DNA from: Mobula hypostoma
Taxonomy: Eukaryota
Direction of reading: 5' to 3'
DNA: 64,000 nucleotides
NCBI RefSeq assembly: GCF_963921235.1
Contig: NC_086108.1
Span: 10,726,001 to 10,790,000 of the forward strand
Shown here piece by piece: positions 48,875 through 61,871 of the stretch (its first letter is position 1; the number at the start of each line of letters is the position of its first letter). The notes beneath the pieces were generated by a model, which saw nothing but the letters and a program-made list of their open reading frames with translations, did not search any database and had not been told where the DNA came from. Position numbers and translations under genes: made by a program.

Positions 48875-50298
48875 TGTCATGGTCCGGAATGGGGTCCCTT
48901 TAAATTTAACTTGTTTATGTTACGATCCGGAACATTGATTCCCTGTTTTCCTCTGTCCCTCGGCTTTGGTGATTAGAGGCAATTAACGCTCGGCTAAACT
49001 GGTAATTTATAGTCTCCGGCTTTCAGCCGTTTGGCGCGGGAGCGTCTGCAAAGTCATCAAAGGTACGGTGTGCCGATGTCATCTGGCTGGAGCAAGCCTA
49101 GTCTCTGCCGAAGCGAGTGCCGGTAATTCTCCCTTCTTCACCAGAGCAACCCTGTCCAGTTACCTCGCCGAAGTGAGCCTGCAAAGTTTCCTCATCATGG
49201 TGGGTCCGTCAGTTAACCCGCCGGAGAGAATCAGGAGCCGCTGTCTACTGTTCCTGGGCCGAGTCTAGAGCTCGCCACTACCCGGAGGCTCCAAGCACCA
49301 CGTCCTGGCTCCGGCGGCATCCGAGTACCATGTCCAAGTCCTGGCTCCGGTGGCATTCAAGTACCACGTCCAAGTCCTGGCCCTGGCAGCATCCAAGTAC
49401 CACGTACAAGTCCTGGCTCTGGCGGCATCCAAGTACCACGTCCAAGTCCCGGCCCTGGCAGCATCCAAGTACCACGTCCAAGTCCTGGCCCTGGCAGCAT
49501 CCAAGTACCACGTACAAGTCCTGGCTCCGGTGGCATCCAAGTACCACGTCCAAGTCCTTTCCCTGGCAGCATCCAAGTACCACGTACAAGTCCTGGCTCC
49601 GGCGGCATCCGAGTACCGAGTTGAGTCTTGGCCCCGGTGGCTTCCGAGTTCCAAGTCGAGTCCTGGCCCTGGCGATCTGTGATTCCTGTCCTAACCCCCC
49701 CCCCCTCCACCATCTGAATCTCTTCTCTGCCTTTCTCACCTCTAGCCCTCGTCTGCAGCCCTCGCCTGCACTTCGGTCTAGTTGTATCGCCGGAGCTAGA
49801 TAGGTATTGTCTGGTGTGCTTTCGTGTTGGTCTTGTCTTGTCCTTGCCTCCATGGGGCTAAGTCTGGCCGTCTTGCCGTTGCCCCACCGGGAGTCTTGTC
49901 TTGTCCTCGCCTCCGTGGGGTAAGTCAGGCCATCTTGCCGTTGCCCCGCAGGGGTGCATGTCTTGTCGTGTCTTGTCCTCTCCTCCGTGGGGTAGATCAG
50001 GCCGTCTTGCCATTGCCCTGCGGGGAGTCATGTCTTGTCTTGTCTAGTCCTCGCCTCCGTGGGGTAAGTCAGGCCGTCTTGCCGTTGCCCCGCGGGGGGG
50101 TCATAAGTCCCGGCCCTATGTCCTGTTCCCAAGGAGGGGTCCCGGTGCTGTTCTGTGTGTGAGTCCTTGTCTTGTTTGCTATTCCTGCTTCTGCTTTGCT
50201 CTCCTGGTATCGAACACTAAACTCAATCTACTTAACCTCACAAGATGTGTCTTGCATTTGGGTCCACCCTTGCTCCCGATGCCCCCGCCAGTGTGACA
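48875..50298 (+). mobile_element. 1424-bp solo LTR (Gypsy-like) with internal tandem repeats
   Basis: TGTCA...TGACA termini; perfect TSD ataga at 48870-48874 and 50299-50303. Confidence 0.85.
49290..49625. repeat. 36-bp tandem repeat (about 9 units) within the LTR
   Basis: ggcagcatccaagtaccacgtccaagtcctggccct; a second ~65-bp repeat (4 units) lies at about 49830-50095. Confidence 0.9.
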
Positions 50299-50754
50299 AT
50301 AGACTGGCAAGTCACACAACAGCAGTAGGGAAATAGCTGGAAAAAAGGATGTTGGGACTTTGGAGAGGGTGCTGCTTGATTTAGAGGGCATGTACTATCA
50401 GGAGAGGCTGGATAATCTTGGGTTGTTTTATCTGGGACGGTGGAGGCTGAGGGGAGATCCGATTGAGGTTTACAAGATTATGAGAGGCACAGATAGAATG
50501 GACAGAGAATATCTGTTTCCCAGGGTTGAAATGTCTAATACCAGAGGACATGCATTGAATGTGAGAGGGGGTAGATACAAGGGGGATGTGGAGGGGAAGT
50601 TTTTTACTCAGAGAGTGGTGGATGCCTGGAATATGCAGCCTGGTTTGGTGGTAGAGACAAATACATCAGAGACTTTTAAGAAACATTTGGATGGGCACAT
50701 GGATGTGAGGAAGATGGAGGGATATAGACATGGTGTAGGTAGGAGGGATTAATA

Positions 50755-51195
50755 TCCTGGTGGCATAAACATTGATTTCTCTAATTTATGGTAATTTTTG
50801 ACCCTCCTCCTTCCATCTTCTTCCATCCCCCCCCCCCGGACCTATTCTTTTCTCCTGCCCTGCCTGTCACTCCCCCCGACCCCCCCAACTTCCCTTTCTC
50901 CCACGGTCCACTCTCCTCTCCTATCAGATTCCTTCTTATTCAACCCTTTACCTTTTTCACCTATCACCTTCCAGCTTCTCACTTCACCTCCCCCCCCCCC
51001 ACACCACCCTCCTGGCTTCACTAATTACCTGCCAGTTTATATTCTGTCCTCTCCCCACCCCCCAGCTTTCTTATTCTTTCTCCTTCCCCCATTTTTTCCA
51101 GTCCTGATGAAGGGTCTGGGTCTGAAACGTTGGCTGCTTATTCCTCTCCAAAGACACTGCCTGACCTGCTAAATTCCTCCACCATTTTGTGTATT
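50755..51195 (+). mobile_element. Penelope-like pLTR with hammerhead motif (51099-51136)
   Basis: CAGUC CUGAUGA A GGGUCUGGGUCU GAAAC GUU GGCUG; preceded by GINIDFSN-type ORF end. Confidence 0.75.
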
Positions 51196-51604
51196 ACTTC
51201 TCAATGGGCAGAAATCAATGCCCATTGTTCCTAGCACATTTATTAACCAATTGCTTGATGTCATTCCTTTCAGACTTGTCACACCATCTATTTTTACCCT
51301 CAGACCCTGCATCTATTGCCCCACTGCTGTGGTTCCTGTCCTGCTGCCGCACCCTCCCGAGGAGCACTAATAAACCTCGGTGGAGGCATATTGGTTCCTC
51401 TCCAGTTCAGATGCAAACTGTCTTGTGTGTACAGGCCCCATCCGGGAAGAGAGCCACGTGTTGGACTGCACTATGTATACACTTCTCATCTTACTAGCAT
51501 TTGGCATGGGCAGTAATCCTGCGATTACAACTCTGGGTGACCTGCTCTTTAAGTTTCTACCTTGCTGCTTAAAATCCCTTACAGGACCTCATCCCTGTTC
51601 ATGC

Positions 51605-52875
51605 TGAGAGCGTTGAAGTTTACAGAGACTTGGCATGACATCTAAAACTTCGACAAACTTCTATAGATGTGTAGTGGGGAGTGTACTGACTGGGTACATC
51701 ATGGCCTGATATGGAAACACGAATGTCTTTGAACGGAAAATCCTACAAAAGGTAATGGATTTAGCTAGTAAATCATGGGTAAAGCCGTCCCAACCATTGA
51801 GCACATCTACATGAAACACTGTCGTAGGAAAGCAGCATCCATCATCAGAGATCCCCACCACCCGGGTCATGCTCTCTTCTTGCTACTGCCATCAGGTAGA
51901 AGGTACAGGAGCTTCAAGACTCACACCACCAGGTTCAGGAACAGTTACTACCCCTCAACCAACTGCTCTTGAATAAAAGGGGACAAATACACTCACTTGC
52001 CACATCATTGAGATGCTCCCACAACCAATGATCTCACTTTACGGACTCTTTATCTCATTATCTCATGTTCTTGTTATTTATTGCTATTTATTTATATTTG
52101 GATTTGCATAGTCTGGTGTCCTCTGCACTCTAGATATAGATAGGTACTTTACTGATCACAAAGGAAATTAGAGTGTAACAGTAGCATTACAAGTGCTCAG
52201 ATATACAAGTGAACAAATATTAGAAAAGAAGTAAGATATCATATAAAATAACAGGAGGGGGGGTCATCAGTTCCCCAGTTATAGGTTGGCTCATTATAGA
52301 GCCTGATGGTCAAGGGTAAGAATGATCTCATAGAACTCTTTGGAGCAGTGCAGTTGTCTTAGTCTATTACTAAAAATGTTTCTCTGTTCAGCCAAGGTGG
52401 CATGCAGAGGGTAAGAAACATTACCTGGAATTGCCATGATTTTCCATAGGGTCCTTTGTTCTACCAAAGCCTCCAGTGTGTCCAGTTTGACTCCTATAAC
52501 AGAGCCAGCCTTTCTAATCAGCTCAGTGAGTCTCTTTGTATCACCCATGTTGAAGCCACTGTCCCAGCACACCACTGCATAGAAGATTGAACTGGTGATA
52601 ACAGACTGGTAGATCATGTGAAGGAGAGACCTTCATACTGCAAAGGACCTTAGTCTCCTCAGGAAGTAGAGGCAACTCTGGCCCTTCTTGTATACAGCCT
52701 CTGTGTTAAGCCTGTCATCCAGGTGTAGCCCCATGTACTCGTAGTTGATCTTTCGTTGACCCTGTTACAGTTATTATTCTATAGATTGGCTGAGAATGCC
52801 CACAAGAAAATGAATCTCAGGGTTGTCTATGGTGACATATATGTATTTTCATAATAAAATTTACTTTGAACTTTG
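51605..52875 (+). mobile_element. Rex-Babar 3' part, tail split by a nested Rex1
   Basis: RRKAASIIRDPHHPGHALFLLLPSGRRYRSFKTHTTRFRNSYYP. Confidence 0.85.
52132..52743 (-). mobile_element. Rex1 LINE 3' fragment
   Basis: IYQSVITSSIFYAVVCW...LIRKAGSVIG..LDTLE...YPLHATL. Confidence 0.8.
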
Positions 52876-52978
52876 GTACCAAAATGGACCACAATCTCTG
52901 GATGTTCACCTACCCTCTCAGAATGCCTTGTGAATGTTGTGAGACATCCTCGACCCCGGCACCAGGGAGACAGCATAC

Positions 52979-53215
52979 TGTAGTATTTTCGAACAAAACA
53001 CGGGAGAGTCATTTTCTGTGCTTAACAAAAGCCACAGCCCATTACTTTCATTATGAGCAAACCGAAAGCAGTCACCTTAAACTGAAATCATTATGTCAGA
53101 CACCATCTCTTAAAGTGAACATAACAATACAATGCCAGTGTTTGTGAATTATGTAGAACAGTTTCTATGATGAACAATGTGTGCCATCTGATACCCATTC
53201 TGTTACCCTACATTA
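52979..53215. mobile_element. Probable short solo LTR
   Basis: tgtag...ctaca ends; shares motifs with the insert at 30826. Confidence 0.4.
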
Positions 53216-53219
53216 CCAT

Positions 53220-55024
53220 CACGGGGCTACAGAAATACCTGCCTGTGCCTCTGACTGTCTGAGGTCTTTGTTGACCAGGGTCGACCATAGACGTTGCGTC
53301 CTAGCTGTTGGTACACAAGCCTGAGCAGTACAATGTGGAGAGCAAGCTGATGCCCACGTAGCAAGATCCCCTGTCCACACATCTGATGAACCCAAAGGAA
53401 CGGCAGAGACTGACACAGTTTGGCACCAGCAGCATCACAGGAGTTACCAGTAAACATTGAATGCAATGTAGGACTGCTTTAGGGGCTTCAGCTCCAGATT
53501 TTTCCCGTGGGGTTAATTCCCGAAGACTTTTTTAGCCAGAGGGTCGTGGATTTATGGAATTCGTTGCCACATACAGCTGTGGAGGCCCGATCATTGAGGG
53601 TGTTTAAGGAGGAGATTAGAAACATAGAAAATAGGTGCAGGAGTAGGCCATTCGGCCCTTTGAGCCTGCACCGCCATTTAATTATGATCATGGCTGATCC
53701 TCCAACTCAGAACCCCACCCCAGCGTTCCCTCCATACCCCCTGACCCCTGTAGCCACAAGGGCCATATCTAACTCCCTCTTAAACATAGCCAATGAACTG
53801 GCCTCAACAGTTTCCTGTGGCAGAGAATTCCACAGATTCACCACTCTCTGTGTGAAGAAGTTTTTCCTAATCTCGGTCCTAAAAGGCTTCCCCTTTATCC
53901 TCAAACTGTGACCCCTCGTTCTGGACTTCCCCAACATCGGGAACAATCTTCCTGCATCTAGCCTGTCCAATCCCTTTAGGATCTTATACGTTTCAATCAG
54001 ATCCCCCCTCAATCTTCTAAATTCCAACGAGTACAAGCCCAGTTCATCTAGTCTTTCTTCATATGAAAGTCCTGCCATCCCAGGGATCAATCTGGTGAAC
54101 CTTCTTTGTACTCCCTCTATGGCAAAGATGTCTTTCCTCAGATTAGGGAACCAAAACTTCACACAATACTCCAGGTGTGGTCTCACCAAGGCCTTGTACA
54201 ACTGCAGTAGTACCTCCCTGCTCCTGTATTCGAATCCTCTCGCTATAAATGCCAGCATACCATTCGCCTTTTTCACCGCCTGCTGTACCTGCATGCCCAC
54301 TTTCAATGACTGGTGTATAGTGACACCCAGGTCTCGTTGCACCTCCCTTTTTCCTAATCGGCCACCATTCAGATAATAATCTGTTTTCCTATTTTTGCCA
54401 CCAAAGTGGATAACTTCACATTTATCCACATTAAATTGCATCTGCCATGAGTTTGCCCACTCACCCAACCTATCCAAGTCACTCTGCATCCTCTTAGCAT
54501 CCTCCTCACTGCTAACACTGCCACCCAGCTTCGTGTCATTAGATTGATAGATATCTAATTAGTCAGGGTGTCAAGGGGTATGGGGAAAAAGCCGGAAACT
54601 GGAACTAGATGGGAGAATAGTTTAGCTCATGGTGGAGTGGCGGAGCAGACTCGATGGGCCGAATGGCCTTCTTCTGCTCCTTCGTCTTGTGATCTTGTGA
54701 TCTTGTGACTTCCCCATGAGTGGGTATACTGGCAAAGCAGCGGAGTTTTGAGATCAGAGTTTTCCTTCTCCTCGATGAGCTGCCAACTGTGGCTGACGAG
54801 CTCCATCTGCCCGAAGCAACTGGTTTTAAGGCGCCAGTAACCCACCTTTGCCCCTTTTCCTGTCAGTAGAAACGGTTTTGCTGGGCTTAGTGGCTCAGCC
54901 ACACGTGAAGGCCAGGAACTGGACTTGGTTGTCAGAGGTTATTTGAGACGCACGCCATTGGGAGTGGAGCATTGAATAGGTAGTGGGAGCTTATCCCCAT
55001 CGCCACCTCGGCTATAACAACCTT
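53220..55024 (-). mobile_element. RTE-derived element containing two nested CR1 insertions
   Basis: Homologous to 35415-36022; CR1(+) 53530-54706 flanked by TSD gactt. Confidence 0.7.
53617..54538 (-). mobile_element. Young 5'-truncated CR1 with an intact reading frame
   Basis: 260+ aa uninterrupted CR1 ORF2 C-terminus and (ttctatg) tail. Confidence 0.92.
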
Positions 55025-55589
55025 CGCAACCAATGAGCCTCTTACTTTTGAGTCCCCAATCACCATCGCCCTGCCTGACCTCACCCTTTTCTTCTTTGCC
55101 TCAGAGCTGTGCAGGGTGTCCCCAACCCTGTTACTGGTGCTGACCTCTGGAAGGTTACCCTGCCAACAGTATCCAAAGGGATATACCTGTTACAATGAGG
55201 AATGAACACAGCACTGTCCACATACTTCCTTTGTTTCACCATCCACCGCCACCCCTGATCACGGGAGCAGGTGGTAGATGATCGTATGAGCAGCTGGTAC
55301 ATATCACAAATACTGGTTGTGCAACCACTGATGCAGACAGACAATCTCTGAAGAGTGTTGATAATGGCTGGGGTTCACCCATCTTGTAAAGATACTGCCC
55401 AGAAGAAGACAATGACAAACCACTGCTGGACATGGAAAGACTATGATCACCCACATCGTACAATACGTTACTTAACAAGTGAACAAATCTGTTTTTACCT
55501 GCATGTTACCTCTGTCTCTTTGCTGAAGACTTTTGAGCCAAAGCCTGAGCTCCCCATTCTCACACAAGCCATCTCACCTCGATCCACCT

Positions 55590-56035
55590 CTCATACTGGC
55601 CCACTCTCACACTGCTCACTCTCACACTGCCCACTCTCACACTGCTCACTCTCATACTGGTCCACTCTCACACTGGCCACTCTCACACTGCCCACTCTCA
55701 CACTGGCCACTCTCACACTGCCCACTCTCCCACTGGCGAGTCTCACAATGGCCCGTTCTCACACTGGCCACACGCTCACACTGGCCACACGCTCACACTG
55801 GCCACACTCACACTGACCACACTATCACACTGACCACACTATCACACTGGCGAGTCTCACAATGGCCCGTTCTCACACTGGCCACATGCTCACACTGGCC
55901 ACACGCTCACACTGGCCACACGCTCACACTGGCCACACTCACACTGACCACACTATCACACTGGCCCACTCTCAAACTGGCCCACTGTCACACTGGCCCA
56001 CTGTCACACTGTCCTCCTCTCATACTGGCCACTCT
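55590..56035. repeat. 15-bp minisatellite (about 30 units)
   Basis: ccactctcacactgg variants. Confidence 0.9.
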
Positions 56036-56569
56036 CATTCTGAAAATACTCAAACATTCTCAAACCTAATGACTATTCAGTTAGGTGAACACAAAAATGT
56101 CACTGGCCATTAAACCAAACCCTCAGAGAAAGTCATCGGCAGCATAAATTGAAACGGAAAGTTGAAAGAGAAAGTAATTGCAACAAAGAGAAAAGTAATG
56201 ATTTGGAATTTTCAGTGTTGGTAGTTGATGGGGGAGTACATTTGTCAGTGGTGCACTGAAGCAGAAATATATTCCCATTATAACTGTGGTTGCCTCTCAT
56301 TTAGAAATGTCATCTCAAACCCACACAAAGTTAATAGAGCCCACAGACCACTACCAGAAATACTCAAACCTGCGAAAGAATGCAACCACAATTCATAAGA
56401 TACAGGGAGCTTTAGCCTGTATGTAACTACTGCTGTCTTGGCACTGGGAGCGGTGACAGGATCAGGCAGACAAGACTGTTACTACCTGGAGAAGACATAA
56501 CAGGACATGACAGGAGGCTGAACTCCTTTTCAAATCATTATTCTCCCCTCACTGGGAGTCCGTGATAAA

Positions 56570-58739
56570 ATAGTGCAGAGGAAGTTTTAGACCTCACGTA
56601 ACCTAAACTGTTCCTGCCCTTGATGTGTGTGATCAGATAATGTAGAGGGAGTTGATACTGTATATAACCAGTCCAGTCCATACCTGAATTGTCTCTGCCC
56701 TTGGAATGTGTGATCAGACAGTGTAGAGGGAGTTTGATACTGTATATATCCTGCACTGTCCATACCCTGGGAGTGTGTAATCAGAGAGTGTAGAGGGAGT
56801 ATGATACTGTATATATCCTGCACTGTCCATACCCTGGGAGTGTGTCATCAGACAGTGGAGAGGGAGTTTCATACTGTGTATATCCTACACTGTCCATACC
56901 CTGGGACTGTGTAATCAGATAGTATAGAGGGAATATGATACTGTATATATCCTGCACTGTCCATACCCTGGGAGTGTGTCATCAGACAGTGTAGAGGGAG
57001 TTTCATACTGTGTATATCCTGCACTGTCCATACCCTGGGAGTGTGTAATCAGACAGTGTAGAGGGAGTATGATACTGTGTATATCCTGCACTGTCCATAC
57101 CCTGGGAGTGTGTAATCAGACAGTGTAGAGGGAGTTTCATACTGTGTATATCCTGCACTGTCCATACCTTGGGAGTGTGAAATCAGACAGTGTAGAGGGA
57201 GTTTGATACTGTGTAAATCCTACACTGTCCATACCCTGGGAGTGTGTAATCAGATAGTGTAGAGGGAGTATGACACTGTGTATATCCTGCACTGTCCATA
57301 CCCTGGGAGTGTGTAATCAGACAGTGTAGAGGGAGTATGATACTGTGTAAATCCTACACTGTCCATACCCTGGGAGTGTGTAATCAGATAGTGTAGAGGG
57401 AGTATGATACTGTGTATATCCTGCACTGTCCATACCCTGGGAGTGTGTAATCAGACAGTGTAGAGGGAGTATGATACTGTGTATATCCTGCACTGTCCAT
57501 ACCCTGGGAGTGTGTAATCAGACAGTGTAGAGGGAGTTTGATACTGTGTGTATATCCTGCACTGTCCATACCCTGGGAGTGTGTGATCAGACAGTGTAGA
57601 GGGAGTATGATACTGTCTATATCCTGCACTGTCCATACCCTGGGAGTGTGTAATCAGACAGTGTAGAGGGAGTTTGATACTGTATATAACCTGCACTGTC
57701 CATACCCTGGGAGTGTGTAATCAGTCAGTGTAGAGGGAGTATGATACTGTCTATATCCTGCACTGTCCATACCCTGGGAGTGTGTAATCAGACAGTGTAG
57801 AGGGAGTTTGATACTGTATATAACCTGCACTGTCCATACCCTGGGAGTGTGTAATCAGTCAGTGTAGAGGGAGTATGATACTGTGTATATCCTGCACTGT
57901 CCATACCCTGGGAGTGTGTAATCAGAGAGTGTAGAGGGAGTATGATACTGTATATATCCTGCACTGTCCATACCCTGGGAGTGTGTCATCAGACAGTGTT
58001 GAGGGAGTTTGATACTGTGTATATCCTACACTGTCCATACCCTGGGAGTGTGTAATCAGACAGTGTAGAGGGAGTTTGATACTGTATATAACCTGCACTG
58101 TCCATACCCTGGGAGTGTGTGATCAGAAAGTGTAGAGGGAGTATGATACGATGTATATCCTGCACTGTCTATACCCTGGGAGTGTGTAATCAGACAGTAA
58201 AGGGAGTATGATACTGTGTATATCCTGCACTGTCCATACCCTGGGAGTGTGTAATCAGACAGTGTAGAGGGAGTTTGATACTGTGTATATCCTGCACTGT
58301 CCATACCCTGGGAGTGTGTAAATCAGATAGTGTAGAGGGAGTATGATACTGTGTATATCCTGCACTGTCCATACCCTGGGAGTGTGTAATCAGACAGTGT
58401 AGAGGGAGTATGATACTGTGTATATCCTACACTGTCCATACCCTGGGAGTGTGTAATCAGATAGTGTAGAGGGAGTATGATACTGTGTATATCCTGCACT
58501 GTCCATACCCTGGGAGTGTGTAATCAGAGAGTGTAGAGGGTATGATACTATGTATATCCTGCACTGTCCATACCCTGGGAGTGTGTAATCAGCCAGTGTA
58601 GAGGGAGTTTGATACTGTGTGTATATCCTGCACTGTCCATACCCTGGGAGTGTGTAATCAGATAGTGTAGAGGGAGTATGATACTGTGTATATTCTGCAC
58701 TGTCCATACCCTGGGAGTGTTTCATCATACAGTGTAGTG
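56570..58739. repeat. 67-bp satellite, left array (about 32 units)
   Basis: atactgtgtatatcctgcactgtccataccctgggagtgtgtaatcagacagtgtagagggagtatg. Confidence 0.95.
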
Positions 58740-61700
58740 CAGCCTTTCTCAACCTTTTTGTCCTGGAGGAACCCTTGAAATTATTTTCAGGTCTCAGGGA
58801 ATTCCTGCATAAAAATTATTATATTTAAAGCTCATGGTACGTTAGCGTGATCAGTAAGTTGTAGGTATAATAATCCAAAAATAATTGGCTTGGCTCTTTA
58901 GAGTAGAGAATAATTTGTAGCCAGTCTTTCTTAAAAAAAAAACAGTTAAGCCTTACTTATCTTTCTTGAAATTACGCTTTCTTTCTATTTCATAAATTTT
59001 AAAAATTAATAAGGCAAACATAATAAATTTCTCATTTCTGGGTTGAACTTGAGAGAAGCACATATGGATTTCACATTCAACTGAAATGAAACGATTTCTA
59101 TCCTTGCTCTTGATGCTTGTTAAACAAGAAAAAACTTGCTTACGCTCGTAAGAAGTTGAAAACTACACAAAATGTGCATTGCTTTCCTAAGAATGGCAGG
59201 GTACTCTTTCACAGAAATCCAGAACTTGTCCAGGGGCAGGGCAGTAAATCTCATCTTGAGTGCATGATCAGAGTGCAGTTCACAAAGTTCTTCCTCTTCT
59301 CTCAAAGTCAAGTTCTCAGGCTGAGCAGAAGATTCAGAGAAAGGGTTTGTCACTCAGTCATACATTAGTGTTGAAAGGGAGGAAAAATACTGTTCAATTT
59401 TGTTCTGCAGTTCTTCCAGGCGATCTTCAATAAGACTTGAGACTTTCTGATATCCTTTCTCACTCTCAAGCCCAAGCAGCAGTGGAAACATTTCAAGATT
59501 TCCTTTTCCAGCATGATTTTCCCAAAGATTCAACTTCCTTTTAAATCCAAGAATCTTGTCACTTGAAGTCAAAATATTTTCTCCAGAGCCTTACGGGGAC
59601 TTGATCAATTGGTTCATACAATAAAAACTGTCTGTTAAGTAGGCTAGTTTCTGCAGATATTCTTCCTCTTCAAAGCACTTTGCAAAATCTGGCCTCCTAT
59701 GTTTTGCAATTCACCTTCCAGTTCAAACACCCTGTTGAGAACTCTCCCTCTGCTGAGCCTCCAGATATCTGTATGGAGCAGGAGGTTGGTGTGCTCTTTG
59801 TCCAGGTGTTCACACAGCTTTTTAAACATTCTCCAGTGAACTGGTCTTAAAACTACTAAACAACTTGCTTCCTGAATCCTTTTACTGACTGTGACTTTAT
59901 TTTCAAAAGTTTTAATCTGTTTGTTTTGAGATTCAAATTACTGTTTAAAATAATCAGCACTTTTACGTGTCATATGGCTGTGATTTGTAGTTAAATATTT
60001 GAATTTTACTGGAGCCACAGCTGTATTTGTAAGTTGTTTGCCATGGAATAGGACAACTTGGATCACCAGTCTATGTAACTGGTGGCAGCTCTCCACCTTA
60101 GGACTTGGCAGAGATACCCGTACCGTGACCACCCTCCAAGATGGCATGCGCTGGTGACGCACTTTCTCCACCGGGGACACTGGCTGCAGGAGGGCACACG
60201 ACTTCCAGCACACAGCATCACGTTGAGGGAACTGCCTCGGTTTTACTGAGAGCTGTTGAAGGTATGGAGTCTAGTCTCATTCAGACATGCTGCCCCTGTG
60301 CTCGTGGGGGACGGTGCTCAGGCTGCGAGGGAGATTGGTCCCAATCCTGTTACAGTGGGTGTGTAGGCTCGAGGAAGTGGAGAGTTTCCGGCTGCATCGC
60401 CACCTGATGGGCTGGGAGAGCTCGTCAGAACCAGGCCTCGGGATACAATGAGGATTGGGTGCCATGGAACGTGAGCCGTCTCGCAGGGATGCCTACCGTG
60501 CCCCTCCGTGATGCTCCAAAACGTTTCTTGTAGGGGCTGCTCCTACACACCTTTCACTCTCTTCCCTTCGTCTGCTGACCAGACTCACCTTGGCGGCCTG
60601 TTTTACCATCTGGCAGCGAAGGAAGTTCCCAGTGGAAATCTCCTTATGCAGGGTTGCTTCCCCCGTACAACATGGACCTGGGGTGGAAGGTGTTGCATCA
60701 GGCAGTACCGTACAACAGGTTCACTGACCCCCCCCCCCCATCCACCTGTCCGGGAGGAGTCAGTGTACTGTGCTTACACGGAATGCAAGAGGTTGCAGCC
60801 GCTCTTTGAGTTTCTGCAGGGGCTGCTGCTCAGCTTCTGGCTGCACTTTAGCCCCGTGCTCTTCAATAACGGGCACCCAGTATGGAAGGGTGCGGGTCGT
60901 GAGGAAGATCTCCCGGTGGGTTTGCTCCTGGGCCTGGCCAAGATGGACATTCACGGGTCTAGGTGGCGGAAGGTGGAGGGCGCTGCCCGGGCCGACGACC
61001 TGTCTCTTTTCCGAGGATGCGTTCATGCCCGGCTGTCCTTTGAGAGGGAGCATACAGTCATAATGAGGGATTTCCAGGAGTAATGACCCCCTCCCCTCAG
61101 GAATTGACTGTTTTATGGACAATAGTAATCATATTTTAATTTGAATTTATTCACTGTCTTGAAAATAATGTTTGTACTTTGTGTATTTGTTGTGTAAATA
61201 AACTTTTATAGTAAATAAACTGTTTTTCTGTCCATTGTTGCACGAGTGCAGTGAAATGACTGAGAAGAATGTAATTCTTCATCATTAACCTTATCAGAAT
61301 TGTCCGTAGGCCGAGGCCTAGAATCCTCCCCTTCCATCTCACACCTCCTCTTCAAAAATCGCCACACTGGACCGTAATTGGAATGAAAATTTCCCTGCAA
61401 GTTTCCACCACACTGGTGGAGTGTTTTTGCTCACCAGTTAGTTAGCGACGTGCAAGGGGAATCTGGGAGAGGTAATTCATGAGGGAGGTGCTAACGTCAC
61501 AGCCCAAGTTGGGTGAGTCCATTCAATGCTTGCAAAACGTGCTTCACGGTCCTCATCAGCCTACCGTGATTCCTCCACGCAATACAGTGCTCACCAATTA
61601 TCAGCCCACCATCCTCCCCTCTGTGCAATACAATGTTCACCAATTATCAACAGCCCCCCTTATCTCGCATCAAAACCTGAGAATAAACACGGTCTGATTG

Positions 61701-61871
61701 TGCACTGCCACTCTGGGCTGAGAGACCTATCTCCATCGAGAATGTTAATGGGGCTGCTCGGTCACTGCCCACCAGTACAAGCACTAGCATCGCGCATTAC
61801 GTCAAGTTCAAAGAAATATGTTTACTTTTTATAATCACATTCTCTCGCAGTACACTGGTTAAGAAACCCTG
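58740..61871 (-). mobile_element. hAT/Charlie DNA transposon with decayed transposase (ZBED5/FAM200-like family)
   Basis: TIRs cagcctttctcaacc / ggttaagaaaccctg; 8-bp TSD gtgtagtg / gtgtggag; fragments RFLKR, LLLHTDIWRLSRGRVLNRVFEL, SDKILGFKRKLNLW..NLEMFP, LDKFWISVKEYP. Confidence 0.88.
60045..61205 (+). mobile_element. Tx1-like (L1 clade) LINE 3' remnant nested in the hAT element
   Basis: ESVYCAYTECKRLQPLFEFL..LL.FWLHFSP....GHPV....EDL.VGLLLGLAK..I..SR; AT-rich tail with aataaa. Confidence 0.7.

Larger units (their letters stand above)
48585..50752 (+). mobile_element. CR1 remnant interrupted by a solo LTR
   Basis: KVDKSPGPDRIY..NVVPLFKKG...NYR | ... RLRGDPIEVYKI, FFTQRVVDAWN. Confidence 0.8.

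Noticed and set aside
49265..49853. Overlapping repetitive ORFs on both strands
   Set aside because: By-product of a stop-poor 36-bp repeat inside a solo LTR
55355..56113. His-rich ORFs
   Set aside because: Translations of a 15-bp minisatellite
59120..59829. Domesticated ZBED5/FAM200-like host gene
   Set aside because: Fragmented by stops, frameshifts and a Tx1 insertion; TIRs and TSD are still present, so it is a dead transposon
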